This document shows, piece after piece, positions 9,262-18,657 of a stretch of 64,000 nucleotides of DNA. Within the stretch, counting starts at the first letter, position 1. Each line of letters begins with the position of its first letter. The notes beneath the pieces were generated by a model. The model saw only the letters and a list, made by a program, of their open reading frames with translations. It ran no database searches and was not told the origin of the DNA. The DNA lies in NCBI GenBank assembly GCA_043825735.1, contig JBDRRP010000107.1, positions 248,001-312,000 of the forward strand. The letters are read 5' to 3'. The translations under genes and the position numbers were made by a program. The DNA comes from Pseudomonadota bacterium (GTDB lineage Bacteria > Desulfobacterota > Desulfobacteria > Desulfobacterales > JBDRRP01).

Positions 9262-10812
9262 CTACTCATCGGCATCGGGTGCCGGGCAGCTTTTTCGGTT
9301 GCGCAGTTTATCCATGAGTGCGTTTTTGAATGTTCGGTACCACTGGAACTGGCTCACGACGGTCCACACGATGATGAGAAACAGGATCAGTGACACGGGG
9401 CGCGTGAACACCGGCATGAAGCTGCCCTGGGAGACCATGAGGGCACGGCGTAGGTTCTCGTCGGCCATGGGCCCCAGAATCACACCGATGACGAGGGGTG
9501 CGATGGGATAGCCCATTTCGGTGAGAAAGTAGCAGATGATACCCACGGGAATCATGAGGTAGAGATTGAATATGTTGAGCCCCAGGGCGTATGAGCCGAT
9601 GATGCACAGCACCCCGATGATGGGCATGAAGATCTGGGTCGGTATCCGGAGCACCTTCACCACTTGTTTGGCCAGCAGCATGCCGGTGATCCACATGGCG
9701 ATCGAGGCCAGCAGCAGAATGGCCGCCACTTCCAGAATGAAGGTGGGGTGCTCGAAGGAAATCATCGGCCCCGGGGTCACGCCGTGAAGCATCAGGGCGC
9801 CCAGCAGCATGGCCGCCGGAGGGCTTCCGGGAATGCCCAGATTGAGCAGCGGGATCATTGCGCCGCCCACGCAGGCGTTGTTGGCCGTCTCAGAGGCCAG
9901 CACCCCCTGGAGCTCGCCCTTGCCGAAGGTTTCCGGGTGTTTGGAGGTGTTCTTGGCGGTGCCGTAGGATACCCAACCGGCGATGTCTTCGCCGATGCCG
10001 GGCACCGCGCCGATGCCCACACCGATGAGGGCGGATCGGATGATGGCCGGAATATTTTTCAGGACCGTACCGATTTCCGGAACGATGCGGGTGAGCCGCT
10101 GGGCCTCCACGGCCTGAAACCGGTCCTTTAAGACCTGAATGATCTGAGGGATGCCGAATGCGCCGATGAGCACCGGCACCACCTCGATGCCGCCGTCGAG
10201 TTCGGCGTACCCGAAAGTGAATCGGGGGTAGAACTGGAGCAGGTCGCGCCCCACGCAGGACAGAAACAGTCCGAGGAATCCGGCGATCCATCCTTTGACG
10301 ACCAGGTCCGGGGCGGTCAGGGTGCCGCTGATGATGATGCCGAAAAAAGCCAGCAGGAAAAATTCGAAGGAAGTGAACTGCAGCGCGAAATGGCTGATGA
10401 TGGGGGAGATGCTCACCACAAAGAGCATGCTGATGATGGTGCCGATGGTAGATGCCGTCGTGGTGAGGCCGATGGCCCTGCCGGCCTCGCCTTTGCATGC
10501 CAGCGGGTAGCCGTCCAGGGCCGTGGCCGCGGCGGCCGCAGTGCCCGGTATGTTGATCAGAATGGAGGCATAGGATCCGCCGTAGGTGCCGCCGACGTAG
10601 ATGGCCAGCAGGCAGAGCATGGCCAGATCCGTGTTCATGCCGTAGGTCAGTGCGGTGAGCAGGGCCACGCCCAGAGTGGATGTCAGTCCCGGCATGGCGC
10701 CAAAGATGATTCCCAGCAGCACCGAACCGAAAAGTACGGCCAGGCTTATGGGATCGGCACACATGGTTAGGACGATGCCGAAGAAGGTGCCGATACGTTC
10801 GAAAACCAGCAT
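9262..10812 (-). CDS. tctA: Tripartite tricarboxylate transporter large permease TctA
   Basis: 'GAMPGL', 'YGGSYASILINIPGT', 'ETANNA', 'GIPGS'; start moved to MLVFER (10812). Confidence 0.9.
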   Translation of the reverse strand: MLVFERIGTFFGIVLTMCADPISLAVLFGSVLLGIIFGAMPGLTSTLGVALLTALTYGMNTDLAMLCLLAIYVGGTYGGSYASILINIPGTAAAAATALDGYPLACKGEAGRAIGLTTTASTIGTIISMLFVVSISPIISHFALQFTSFEFFLLAFFGIIISGTLTAPDLVVKGWIAGFLGLFLSCVGRDLLQFYPRFTFGYAELDGGIEVVPVLIGAFGIPQIIQVLKDRFQAVEAQRLTRIVPEIGTVLKNIPAIIRSALIGVGIGAVPGIGEDIAGWVSYGTAKNTSKHPETFGKGELQGVLASETANNACVGGAMIPLLNLGIPGSPPAAMLLGALMLHGVTPGPMISFEHPTFILEVAAILLLASIAMWITGMLLAKQVVKVLRIPTQIFMPIIGVLCIIGSYALGLNIFNLYLMIPVGIICYFLTEMGYPIAPLVIGVILGPMADENLRRALMVSQGSFMPVFTRPVSLILFLIIVWTVVSQFQWYRTFKNALMDKLRNRKSCPAPDADE

Positions 10813-10825
10813 GACGCAGCCTTTC

Positions 10826-11590
10826 CTAAAAATCCCAGTATCGAATGGCATCCATGATCGCGACGATGAGCCCTTCATTGGGCATCGGGACCAGCAGCAG
10901 ATACTTGAATGCGGCGCCGATCGTAACCGGTGCAACGATCGATAAGATGATGCTGGTGCGATATTTTTTGCGTAGCGTGCTGGTGCCGCGGCTCAATCTC
11001 CATGCATACGCGCAGTAGGCGAAAATGAAGGCGAGACAGAGCCAGTCGCCGGGGTAGGGGAGCATTTTTCCGAGAACCGCGGGAAGTTTGGTCGAAACAT
11101 AGACGAAGAGCAGCACTGTCTCAGCAAGATAGAATAGAAACAGTTTCTCCAGCAGGCGGTCATCTTCTAAGTAAAACATGGTGATAAACACTGACAGAAA
11201 GAGCACGCTGCAAAGAAAGAAATCGATGCGGGGGATACTCAGGTAGACGTAGCTCGTAAAGAGTACGACGATGGCATAAAAGCGGATGGTCGGTGGCGAT
11301 GACAGGTATCGAAGCAGATCGGGGCTCGACAGCCACCGGAAAAAACCGGCAATCGCCTCGGAACCCGTCGTCTTTAAGGCGATACGCACGAGCAGTGCCC
11401 CCAAAAAAGCGATCATCGCGCCCACCAGCAGGGGAAACAGGGCCGGGGAGACGAACCACACGTTCTGGACCCCGCCCCAGGAGCCCTTCATTGGCATTTT
11501 TACGGCCTGGCTGATCACCCAGAGCCCGAATAGGAAGCAGACGGTACCTGAAAACACGTCGGCTCTACGAAGCTTGTCTTTTTCCATCAT
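10826..11590 (-). CDS. TctB-like membrane protein (unusually long)
   Basis: Lies between tctC and tctA; 'SPALFP' and C-terminal 'FKYLLLVPMPNEG' TctB-like motifs; multi-TM. Confidence 0.7.
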   Translation of the reverse strand: MMEKDKLRRADVFSGTVCFLFGLWVISQAVKMPMKGSWGGVQNVWFVSPALFPLLVGAMIAFLGALLVRIALKTTGSEAIAGFFRWLSSPDLLRYLSSPPTIRFYAIVVLFTSYVYLSIPRIDFFLCSVLFLSVFITMFYLEDDRLLEKLFLFYLAETVLLFVYVSTKLPAVLGKMLPYPGDWLCLAFIFAYCAYAWRLSRGTSTLRKKYRTSIILSIVAPVTIGAAFKYLLLVPMPNEGLIVAIMDAIRYWDF

Positions 11591-11703
11591 GGTGAAGGGT
11601 CCTTATGAATCGACCGCGGGCGCGTGCTGTTTTTGACCGGGGCCGGCACCCCGTGGGCGCCGGCCCTTAAATCACCGAAACAGGTGCGTGGGTCTGGATA
11701 TCG

Positions 11704-12711
11704 CTACGGCTTGGGAATGCCCAGCGAAGCCGGATCCACCGTGGCCGCTTTCAGATCCCACAGCGTCCAGGCAAAATTGGACTCCAGTGCGTCGAAGACG
11801 GCTTTTGACTCGGCGCCGGTTTTGCCCGACAGCAGGTAGTAGTTCTCCTTGGCCCAGTTGACGACTTTGTCTGTTTTCATGGCCTTTTTGAAGGCATCCG
11901 TCAGGGCGGCTTTGGCGTCGGCCGGTGCGTCTGCCGGTACGGCAAAACCGATGGCCTGGGAGATGGGCAGGTACTTGGACAGGCCCGGGTAGCTGTCGAA
12001 AGAAGAGGGGATCATGCCCAGGCCTTCAACTTCGAAGGCATCGGGGATCAGCATGCCCAGCGCGCGCAGTTTGCCGCCGCGCAACAGCTGCTGCTGCTCT
12101 GCCAGGGAGGTTACCACCACGGACACCTCGCCGGTCATGGCGGCATTCTGGGCAGGGGCCGAGCCCTTGTAGGGGATGAAGTTAAACTTGGCGCCGGAGC
12201 CGTTTTCAACGGCCAACAGGTTCAGGTGGTGAATGGAGCCTGCGCCGCTGGCGGCGGCTTTGATGCTGCCGGGATTGGCCTTGGCGGCTTCGATCAGGTC
12301 CTTCAGGTTCTTGTACGGCGTGTCCGGGGTGACGGAAATCACGTCCGGCGAGCCGCCCACGATAAAGGTGTCCCAGACATCAAATTTTTTGTCCCAGCCG
12401 CCCTGTACGCCCGCGGTGACATTGGACTCTGAAAGCCCGCACAGGGTATAGCCGTCATGGGCCTTGCTGTAGGCGTCGTTCATGCCCACCGAGCCGGCGA
12501 CACCGCCTGTTTTGTTGATGACATTGACATTGACGCCGAGAAACGGCTGCATTTCGGCCATGATGATCCGGTTGCAGGTGTCGGTGCCGCCGCCGGCACC
12601 CCAGACAACCACGGTAGTGATGTTTCTGCTGGGAAATTTTTTAGCGGCCATGGTCAGGCCCGCGCCCAACGCCAGTAATACGACCAGGGTCCAAATGGTG
12701 ACTCTTTTCAT
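11704..12711 (-). CDS. tctC: Tripartite tricarboxylate transporter substrate-binding protein TctC (Bug)
   Basis: 'FPSRNITTVVVWGAGGGTD', 'IPYKGSAPA'; signal peptide from MKRVTIW with GAAGGAGG RBS. Confidence 0.9.
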   Translation of the reverse strand: MKRVTIWTLVVLLALGAGLTMAAKKFPSRNITTVVVWGAGGGTDTCNRIIMAEMQPFLGVNVNVINKTGGVAGSVGMNDAYSKAHDGYTLCGLSESNVTAGVQGGWDKKFDVWDTFIVGGSPDVISVTPDTPYKNLKDLIEAAKANPGSIKAAASGAGSIHHLNLLAVENGSGAKFNFIPYKGSAPAQNAAMTGEVSVVVTSLAEQQQLLRGGKLRALGMLIPDAFEVEGLGMIPSSFDSYPGLSKYLPISQAIGFAVPADAPADAKAALTDAFKKAMKTDKVVNWAKENYYLLSGKTGAESKAVFDALESNFAWTLWDLKAATVDPASLGIPKP

Positions 12712-12788
12712 CTGCTTGCCCTCCTTCGTGTTGGTGTTACCCCTTGGGTTATCAAACAAACGGTCGCGGCGTCGGTGCGCCGCAGGCG

Positions 12789-13493
12789 TTATGCTGCCGC
12801 ATCGTGTCTGGGTGACGGAACAGCGCCATCGGCCGCCTTTTCGATCTGCAGCTTCAACTCGGCGATGGAATTGCGGAAGTGCTGCCGCATCAGTCGCTCG
12901 GCTTCTTCCGGGTCCCGATCGCTGATGGCGGTGATAACATTCATGTGCTCTTTGATGGTTTTATCGGGAGAACGGACAAGGCCTTCCGAAGAAATGACCT
13001 GGTAGGAAAAGCTAATGATATTATAGGTCTCCAGCATGCTTTTTAGAAATTCACGGGCGCTCACTTCGACGACGAAGTTATGAAAGGCCCGGTCCTCCCG
13101 GGCATAGGCCCGCACATCCGCGAGGGTGCTTTGTGTGGAAAATGCGGAAAAAAAAGTATTGAGCCGATCGATCTGGGGGACGGTGATGTGGGTCGCCGCC
13201 CGGCGGGCAGCCAGACCTTCGAGAACTTCGCGCAGTTCAAAGATGCTCACCATCTCCTGGATGGTAAACAGCCGTACGAAATATCCCCGACGAGGCTTGG
13301 CTTCCACGAGTTTTTCATGTTCAAGGTACTTGAGGGCGTTTACCAGCGGAGTGCGACTGATCCCCAGGTCCCGGGCCAGTTTTTCCTGAGGGATCTTGTC
13401 GCCGGGCAACAGTTCCCGGCCGATGATCATATCCTTGATGATCTGATACGCTTTCTGGTCCAGATTGGCATGCTCCTCACCTAAGGTCGGCAT
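12789..13493 (-). CDS. GntR/FCD-family transcriptional regulator
   Basis: 'LARDLGISRTPLVNAL' wHTH plus FCD domain ('DRAFH', 'EHMNVI'). Confidence 0.9.
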   Translation of the reverse strand: MPTLGEEHANLDQKAYQIIKDMIIGRELLPGDKIPQEKLARDLGISRTPLVNALKYLEHEKLVEAKPRRGYFVRLFTIQEMVSIFELREVLEGLAARRAATHITVPQIDRLNTFFSAFSTQSTLADVRAYAREDRAFHNFVVEVSAREFLKSMLETYNIISFSYQVISSEGLVRSPDKTIKEHMNVITAISDRDPEEAERLMRQHFRNSIAELKLQIEKAADGAVPSPRHDAAA

Positions 13494-13557
13494 GGCGGCT
13501 CCCTCGATTTCAGGGTTACTGAGAGCACGAAGGTCTTTTATGATTCAGGCCTTGCGC

Positions 13558-13584
13558 ATTTTGTATTTTGCATACAAAATGCAA
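13558..13584. promoter_or_regulatory. Palindromic candidate GntR operator upstream of the sugar-acid operon
   Basis: attttgtat-tttgc-atacaaaat inverted repeat in the divergent gntR/AKR spacer. Confidence 0.55.
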
Positions 13585-13915
13585 TAGTTGATGTGGGGCG
13601 GCGTTGTCAAGAAAAAGATGACCCCACCCGTTCTTGTTCACCGATCACGGGCGGGGATCCTCCTTCGCCAAGGCTATGGCGGACAGGAAAAGCCCGCACC
13701 CTACACGATTTTGTGCTTCCCGGTGTCTATATGAAACACCGCGTGTCCATTCACTGGAGAATCGTGCATAACCAGGTTCGGGAATTGAGGGCGAGGGATT
13801 GTGGTGATTTAGAAGGAAAGGGCTTCGCTCACTCTTGACGTTTGGGCGTCTTCCCTGTTTCTATGAAGGAATTTTTGAAATGATGTGCGGCACCGGACAT
13901 TCAGGGAGGTGAAAA

Positions 13916-14902
13916 ATGGTCTATCGACGACTCGGCCGATCCGGGCTGAAAATCTACCCGATGGTACTTGGGACCATGAATTTTGGAAAACCCACGCCGC
14001 CAGGCGAGGCATTCCGCATCATCGATGCGTCTTTGGATAGAGGCCTCAACCTCATCGATTGCGCAGACATCTACGCCGGCGGTGAGAGTGAGCGCATCGT
14101 CGGGGAGGCGCTTTACCGAAACGGACGGCGAAACGACGTTCTTCTCACTACCAAGGTGTTCAATCCCACCGGTGACGGACCCAACGATTCGGGCAACAGC
14201 CGTTACCACATCGTCAACGGGTGCGAGCGCAGCCTCAAACAGCTTCGGACCGATGTCATCGACATCTATTTTTTACATCGGCACGATCCGACCCTGCCCC
14301 AGGAAGAAGCGCTGGCGGCGCTGGATCTTCTGACGCGTCAGGGCAAGATCCGTTACGCGGCCTGCTCCACCCACCCGCCGTTTCGGGTGGCCGAGGCCCT
14401 CATGATCGCCGACCGCTATGGGTACCCAAAGTACGTGTGCGAGCAGCCGCCATACAATCTGATCGATCGGCGCATGGAAAACGAATACGTTCCCATGTGC
14501 CGGGCCTTCGATATGGGCATCATCAGTTTCTCGCCACTGGCCCACGGCGTGCTGGCCGGTCGGTACACCGACGCCGCGAATCTTCCCGAAGGCAGCCGCG
14601 GCACCCTGCGCGACGTCTACCGCCAGCGGATCACCCAGGCGGGGATCGATGTGGGGCTGCGTTTTGCCGCTCGGGCCGCCGAGAAAGGCTGCACCCCGGC
14701 ACAACTGGCCGTGGCCTGGGTGCTTCACCAGCCCGGCATTACCGGGACCATCATAGGGCCGCGGGATCTCACCCAGTTCGAGGACCTGATGCCGGCCATT
14801 GATGTGGCGCTCTCCGAAGACGATATGGCCTTTTGCGACGCCCTGGTGCCGCCGGGCACCCATGTGACGAGTTTTTTCAACACGTCGCAGTGGATGCCGT
14901 GA
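13916..14902 (+). CDS. Aldo/keto reductase
   Basis: 'LGTMNFG', 'DCADIY', 'SLKQLRTDVIDIYFLH', 'SPLAHGVL'. Confidence 0.92.
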   Translation: MVYRRLGRSGLKIYPMVLGTMNFGKPTPPGEAFRIIDASLDRGLNLIDCADIYAGGESERIVGEALYRNGRRNDVLLTTKVFNPTGDGPNDSGNSRYHIVNGCERSLKQLRTDVIDIYFLHRHDPTLPQEEALAALDLLTRQGKIRYAACSTHPPFRVAEALMIADRYGYPKYVCEQPPYNLIDRRMENEYVPMCRAFDMGIISFSPLAHGVLAGRYTDAANLPEGSRGTLRDVYRQRITQAGIDVGLRFAARAAEKGCTPAQLAVAWVLHQPGITGTIIGPRDLTQFEDLMPAIDVALSEDDMAFCDALVPPGTHVTSFFNTSQWMP

Positions 14903-14954
14903 TGCCATGAGACAGTTTGTGCTGCATTGCACCCAGCGCGGCCTGACCGCTACT

Positions 14955-15171
14955 AAAAACCGGTTCTCGCGCAGAGGCGCTGAGGCGCAGAGAAATGCAC
15001 AAGGTCGATCCCATAACTGGCGCTTCATAAAGAGCCCAATCAAAGGTTTCGACGCATGGCGAAGTTCCGGTGCTGCCGGGGCGCTTTTATCTGCGCTGGA
15101 CGACGCTGCGCTTTCAAGATCACTTCATGCAGTTCTCAGCGCCTCAGCGTCTCTGCGCGAGAATTGGTTTT
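14955..15171. repeat. Inverted 9-nt-period repeat element
   Basis: aaaaaccggttctcgcgcagaggcgctgaggcgcagagaa (14955-14994) pairs with ttctcagcgcctcagcgtctctgcgcgagaattggtttt (15133-15171). Confidence 0.75.
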
Positions 15172-15260
15172 GGTTGAGGTGAGATCATAGATCTGCCTGA
15201 GATAACTTTTAAGGGCGCCGTTTATAGGCTGCCTTGCAACCACTGACAGGAGAGATTGAC

Positions 15261-16205
15261 ATGGGAGTGTTCATCACCGGTGGGCACGGGCATATCGGTT
15301 CCTACGCCGCAAAATACTTGGCTGAGCAGGGTAAGCGGGTCATTATTTATGATACCAACCCGGTGATTCCCGATTGCCTGGCCGCGCTGCAGCCGCACAT
15401 CACATTCATCCGGGGAGACGTGATGAATTTTCCCCACCTGGCCGACGTTTGTCGCCGGTACCGGGGCGAGATCGACGGTATCATCCACACAGTGGGAATC
15501 ATGGGCGAATTGGTGCTCGAAGCTCCTTACGCCAACGTGCAGCTCAATATCACCGGCACCCACAATGTCCTTGAAGCCGCCCGGCAGTTCCAAATTCCGA
15601 AAGTGGTCTACACCAGCACCGGTGCGGTCTACGGCGCGGTGCCGGGGGTCGTCGCCGAAGACGACTACCCGGTGGCGCCGGCCGACCTTTACGGCGCCAC
15701 CAAGGCCTCGTGCGAGTTTCTGGGGCTTCAGTACGGTAACAATTTCGGCATCGATTTTCGCATCGGCCGGGTCTTTTTCTGCTACGGCCCCGGCAAGCTG
15801 CCCTCCACGTTCATCCGGCTCTACCGCCTTGTCTTCGGTGCGCTGGAAGGCCTGGATAATCTGACGCTGGACAGCGGCGCCGACCAGCGGCTGGACTTTG
15901 TTTATATTGCCGACGCCGGCCGCGGCACCGCGTTGCTCTATGGCGCTGACAATCCGCCCCACCGGATCTACAACATCGCCACCGGCGTCTCTCACAGCCT
16001 CAGGGAGGTGGCGGATTTGGCGTGTGCCCACTCATCTTTTAAAGGCGTTTCTGTTGAAATGGGGCCTGGGAAACTGATGCAGCGCTGTGATGCGCTCAAC
16101 ATCGACCGGGCCCGCAGTGAGTTGAGTTTTACACCTGAATACACGCTGGAGGCTGGGGTGGCGGCATACGCTCAGTGGATTCGCGAAAAACTGGGGCGGG
16201 GGTGA
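15261..16205 (+). CDS. NAD-dependent epimerase/dehydratase (extended SDR)
   Basis: 'ITGGHGHIG', 'STGAVYG', 'YGATK' (YxxxK); AGGAG RBS before ATG 15261. Confidence 0.88.
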   Translation: MGVFITGGHGHIGSYAAKYLAEQGKRVIIYDTNPVIPDCLAALQPHITFIRGDVMNFPHLADVCRRYRGEIDGIIHTVGIMGELVLEAPYANVQLNITGTHNVLEAARQFQIPKVVYTSTGAVYGAVPGVVAEDDYPVAPADLYGATKASCEFLGLQYGNNFGIDFRIGRVFFCYGPGKLPSTFIRLYRLVFGALEGLDNLTLDSGADQRLDFVYIADAGRGTALLYGADNPPHRIYNIATGVSHSLREVADLACAHSSFKGVSVEMGPGKLMQRCDALNIDRARSELSFTPEYTLEAGVAAYAQWIREKLGRG

Positions 16206-16357
16206 GGCGAGGCGCTCACCACGTCTGTCAATTTAGAGCGCACTCCTGAAATAGACCCACCGGTGTTTTCCCGTTTATCTTCAGCAGCAAGGCTATGCTG
16301 CAGCCTCGTTAGGAAGGTCCCAACCCGGAAAAACGAGCACTTTTCGGGGCCGTCTCA

Positions 16358-16395
16358 AATAAAAAACGGCGGCAGGGCCAGGCCCTGCCGCCGTT
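16358..16395 (-). terminator. Rho-independent terminator on the minus strand, after the small ORF
   Basis: aacggcggcagggc-c(a)g-gccctgccgccgtt 14-bp stem with an A-run on its left (T-tail on the minus strand). Confidence 0.8.
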
Positions 16396-16413
16396 CGGTG
16401 TTTGGCTGAAATG

Positions 16414-16506
16414 TCAGAGTTTGCAGACAGCGCTTTCGGTGGCACGGCTGAAGCAGTTGTTCAAAAATACGCCGATTGTCACTAAGGCAATTGCGGTTCC
16501 TATCAT
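16414..16506 (-). CDS. Unannotated 30-aa small hydrophobic protein (MIGTAIALVTIGVFLNNCFSRATESAVCKL)
   Basis: AGGAGG RBS 6 nt before ATG, TTGACA upstream (~16581-16586), terminator directly downstream; too short to appear in the ORF track. Confidence 0.6.
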   Translation of the reverse strand: MIGTAIALVTIGVFLNNCFSRATESAVCKL

Positions 16507-16711
16507 GGCTGGCCTCCTCGTATTCAGATTGCTGTTTGATGGTTTCGTCTGAACCGTAATTTGGTGGCCGTCCGCCGATCTGTCAACGCACGGTTTTCCA
16601 GGGGCCCCTCAACACGTAGTAGTATTGTTTCTAAAAATGAAATGACAACAGGCCCTTAAAAATAAACGACAGGTTAGTCCTATCATTAAGACCTTGTTGT
16701 ACTCTAAAAAC

Positions 16712-18010
16712 TTAGCTCAGCTTTTCACCCTGCTCGACGAACTCGGCAAACCCGGCGGTGTCGTCGGCGGCAGCAGCGATGCGGCGGACACCTTCTTCCA
16801 GTGTCTTCAGGTCGGCGGCGATGGATAGCCGCAGGAAGTGACGGTCGGCCGTGCCGATGGCCCCGAAGCTGCGCCGGTCCATGACAGCCACCTGGTGGCG
16901 GTAAAGGGCGAACATCTGAAAAAGGGTGGACGGGCTGGTGGCTTTGCGTGCGGTGTCAGAAAGCTGCTCAAACGCATCGAAGACGCCCAGACGCCGGCAG
17001 ACACCCTCGATATTGGGAAACAGGTAAAAGGCCCCGCCCGGGGTTCGGCAGGTGATGCCGTCGACGGCGTTGAGTTTTTCGACGATGACGTCCCGTCGCT
17101 GCTGGAAGGTGGCGGCCATCTCGGCCATCCAGGGGCCCGACTGGGGGTTTTCCAGCGCCTCGCGCCCCCCTTCCTGGTTGTAGGGGGGCACGCAGGAAAA
17201 ATAGTTGATGTTCATGGTCTTGAACGCATCGGCCTCGGCCACCGTGGGCAGCACGGCATAGCCCAGGCGCCCCCCGGTCCAGGCAAAGGATTTGGACAGG
17301 CCGCTTGAGATGATGGTGCGTTTTTCCATGCCGGGAACCGATGCGATGGAAAAATGTTTCTGCCCGTCGAAGATGATGTTCTCGTAAATCTCGTCCGAGT
17401 AGACCCGTACGGTGTCCTCGCACCGGTCAATGATCACCCGGGCGATGGACTCGAGCTGCTCGCGGGTGGCCACGCCGCCGGTGGGGTTGGACGGGAAATT
17501 GAGGATGATGAGCTTGGTGCGGTCGGTGATGAGGGCGGCCAGCTGATCCGCGGTGAAGGTGAAGTCGGCCGCTTCTTCCAGGTGCAGCGGCACGGGCACC
17601 GCATCCACGTAGCGGATGAAAGACTCGTAGATGGGAAAGCCGGGGCTGGGGTAGATGACCTCATCGCCCGGATTGCAGTAGATTTCCTGGGTAAAGCCGA
17701 TGGAGGGTTTTCCACCGGGAAACACGCAGACCTGATCCGGGCTCACCGACAGCCCCCGGGTGGCGTTGATCTGGCCTGCGATGGCTTTTCGAAAGGGCAG
17801 TATCCCCTTGGGGTCGCAGTAGTGGCTGTTGTCCTTTTCGATCTGCCGGATCACTTCGTCTTTTACCCACCTCGGCGCGCTGAAATCCGGCTCGCCGAGA
17901 TTGAGTTTGACCACCGGCGTTCCCCGGGACTCCACGGCCACGATGTGGGGGCCGATCTTGAAGGCGTTTTCCGTGCCGATGGCGTTCATCCGCCGCGCAT
18001 ACAATGCCAT
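16712..18010 (-). CDS. PLP-dependent aminotransferase class I/II (aspartate aminotransferase-like)
   Basis: 'LNLGEPDF', 'NFPSNPTGG', 'SDEIY', 'SGLSKSFAWTGGRLGY'. Confidence 0.92.
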   Translation of the reverse strand: MALYARRMNAIGTENAFKIGPHIVAVESRGTPVVKLNLGEPDFSAPRWVKDEVIRQIEKDNSHYCDPKGILPFRKAIAGQINATRGLSVSPDQVCVFPGGKPSIGFTQEIYCNPGDEVIYPSPGFPIYESFIRYVDAVPVPLHLEEAADFTFTADQLAALITDRTKLIILNFPSNPTGGVATREQLESIARVIIDRCEDTVRVYSDEIYENIIFDGQKHFSIASVPGMEKRTIISSGLSKSFAWTGGRLGYAVLPTVAEADAFKTMNINYFSCVPPYNQEGGREALENPQSGPWMAEMAATFQQRRDVIVEKLNAVDGITCRTPGGAFYLFPNIEGVCRRLGVFDAFEQLSDTARKATSPSTLFQMFALYRHQVAVMDRRSFGAIGTADRHFLRLSIAADLKTLEEGVRRIAAAADDTAGFAEFVEQGEKLS

Positions 18011-18166
18011 GCAGTGTCCCTTTCCGTTGTCATTATAGATGCCGAGCTGCCGTGTTGCATGTTTTCATCCAAATCGCTATCGCAATCGAAATCGGATTTT
18101 TTAAAAGGCTCGAATGAACCGACGATTTCGATAGCGATTTCGATTTCGATCCAGAACCCGATCCCC

Positions 18167-18227
18167 ATCGCGCCGGGACAGCCACGCCGCAGCGTCATAC
18201 AACACTATCCGGGCGGTGGTAAAGCCC
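18167..18227 (+). repeat. 61-nt direct repeat, copy 1 (copy 2 at 20233-20293)
   Basis: Shared core gcagcgtcatacaacac and collinear flanks; both copies follow ATCGNN hexamer arrays. Confidence 0.75.
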
Positions 18228-18340
18228 GGGGGCATCCGGGTATCGATGCCGCCTTCGATCTGTGGATACGTAACCACAGATCGGCCGGTCGCGGTATTAG
18301 GAACTGCCCCCGCCCCACGCCGAACCGGAACACCCCGATC

Positions 18341-18366
18341 GTAGGGGCAGGCCCCCGTGCCTGCCC
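18341..18366 (+). repeat. GTAG-type REP palindrome
   Basis: gtaggggcaggcccccgtgcctgccc; near-identical copy at 37762-37787. Confidence 0.75.
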
Positions 18367-18657
18367 TTTCAAAGGTCATTACCCCCAGCTCTGTTTGATT
18401 ACCACGTCACGGAGAAAACCAAAAGCAGTTGATTTTGATACCAAATCTCCGTGTCCTCCGTGACCCCGTGGTTCAACATCGCTGTGGGAAGAGACCGGCT
18501 GGAGGTTTTGCATAAGCGTATTCTATAATCGGATTGACACGGGCAAAATAATCGGCGATATTATCGGCATGAATTTCTTAATATTATTGAATAATGGATT
18601 GTAAATCATTGTATATATAATAAAAATTAATTTAATAGATCGGAAAAATAATCGGCA

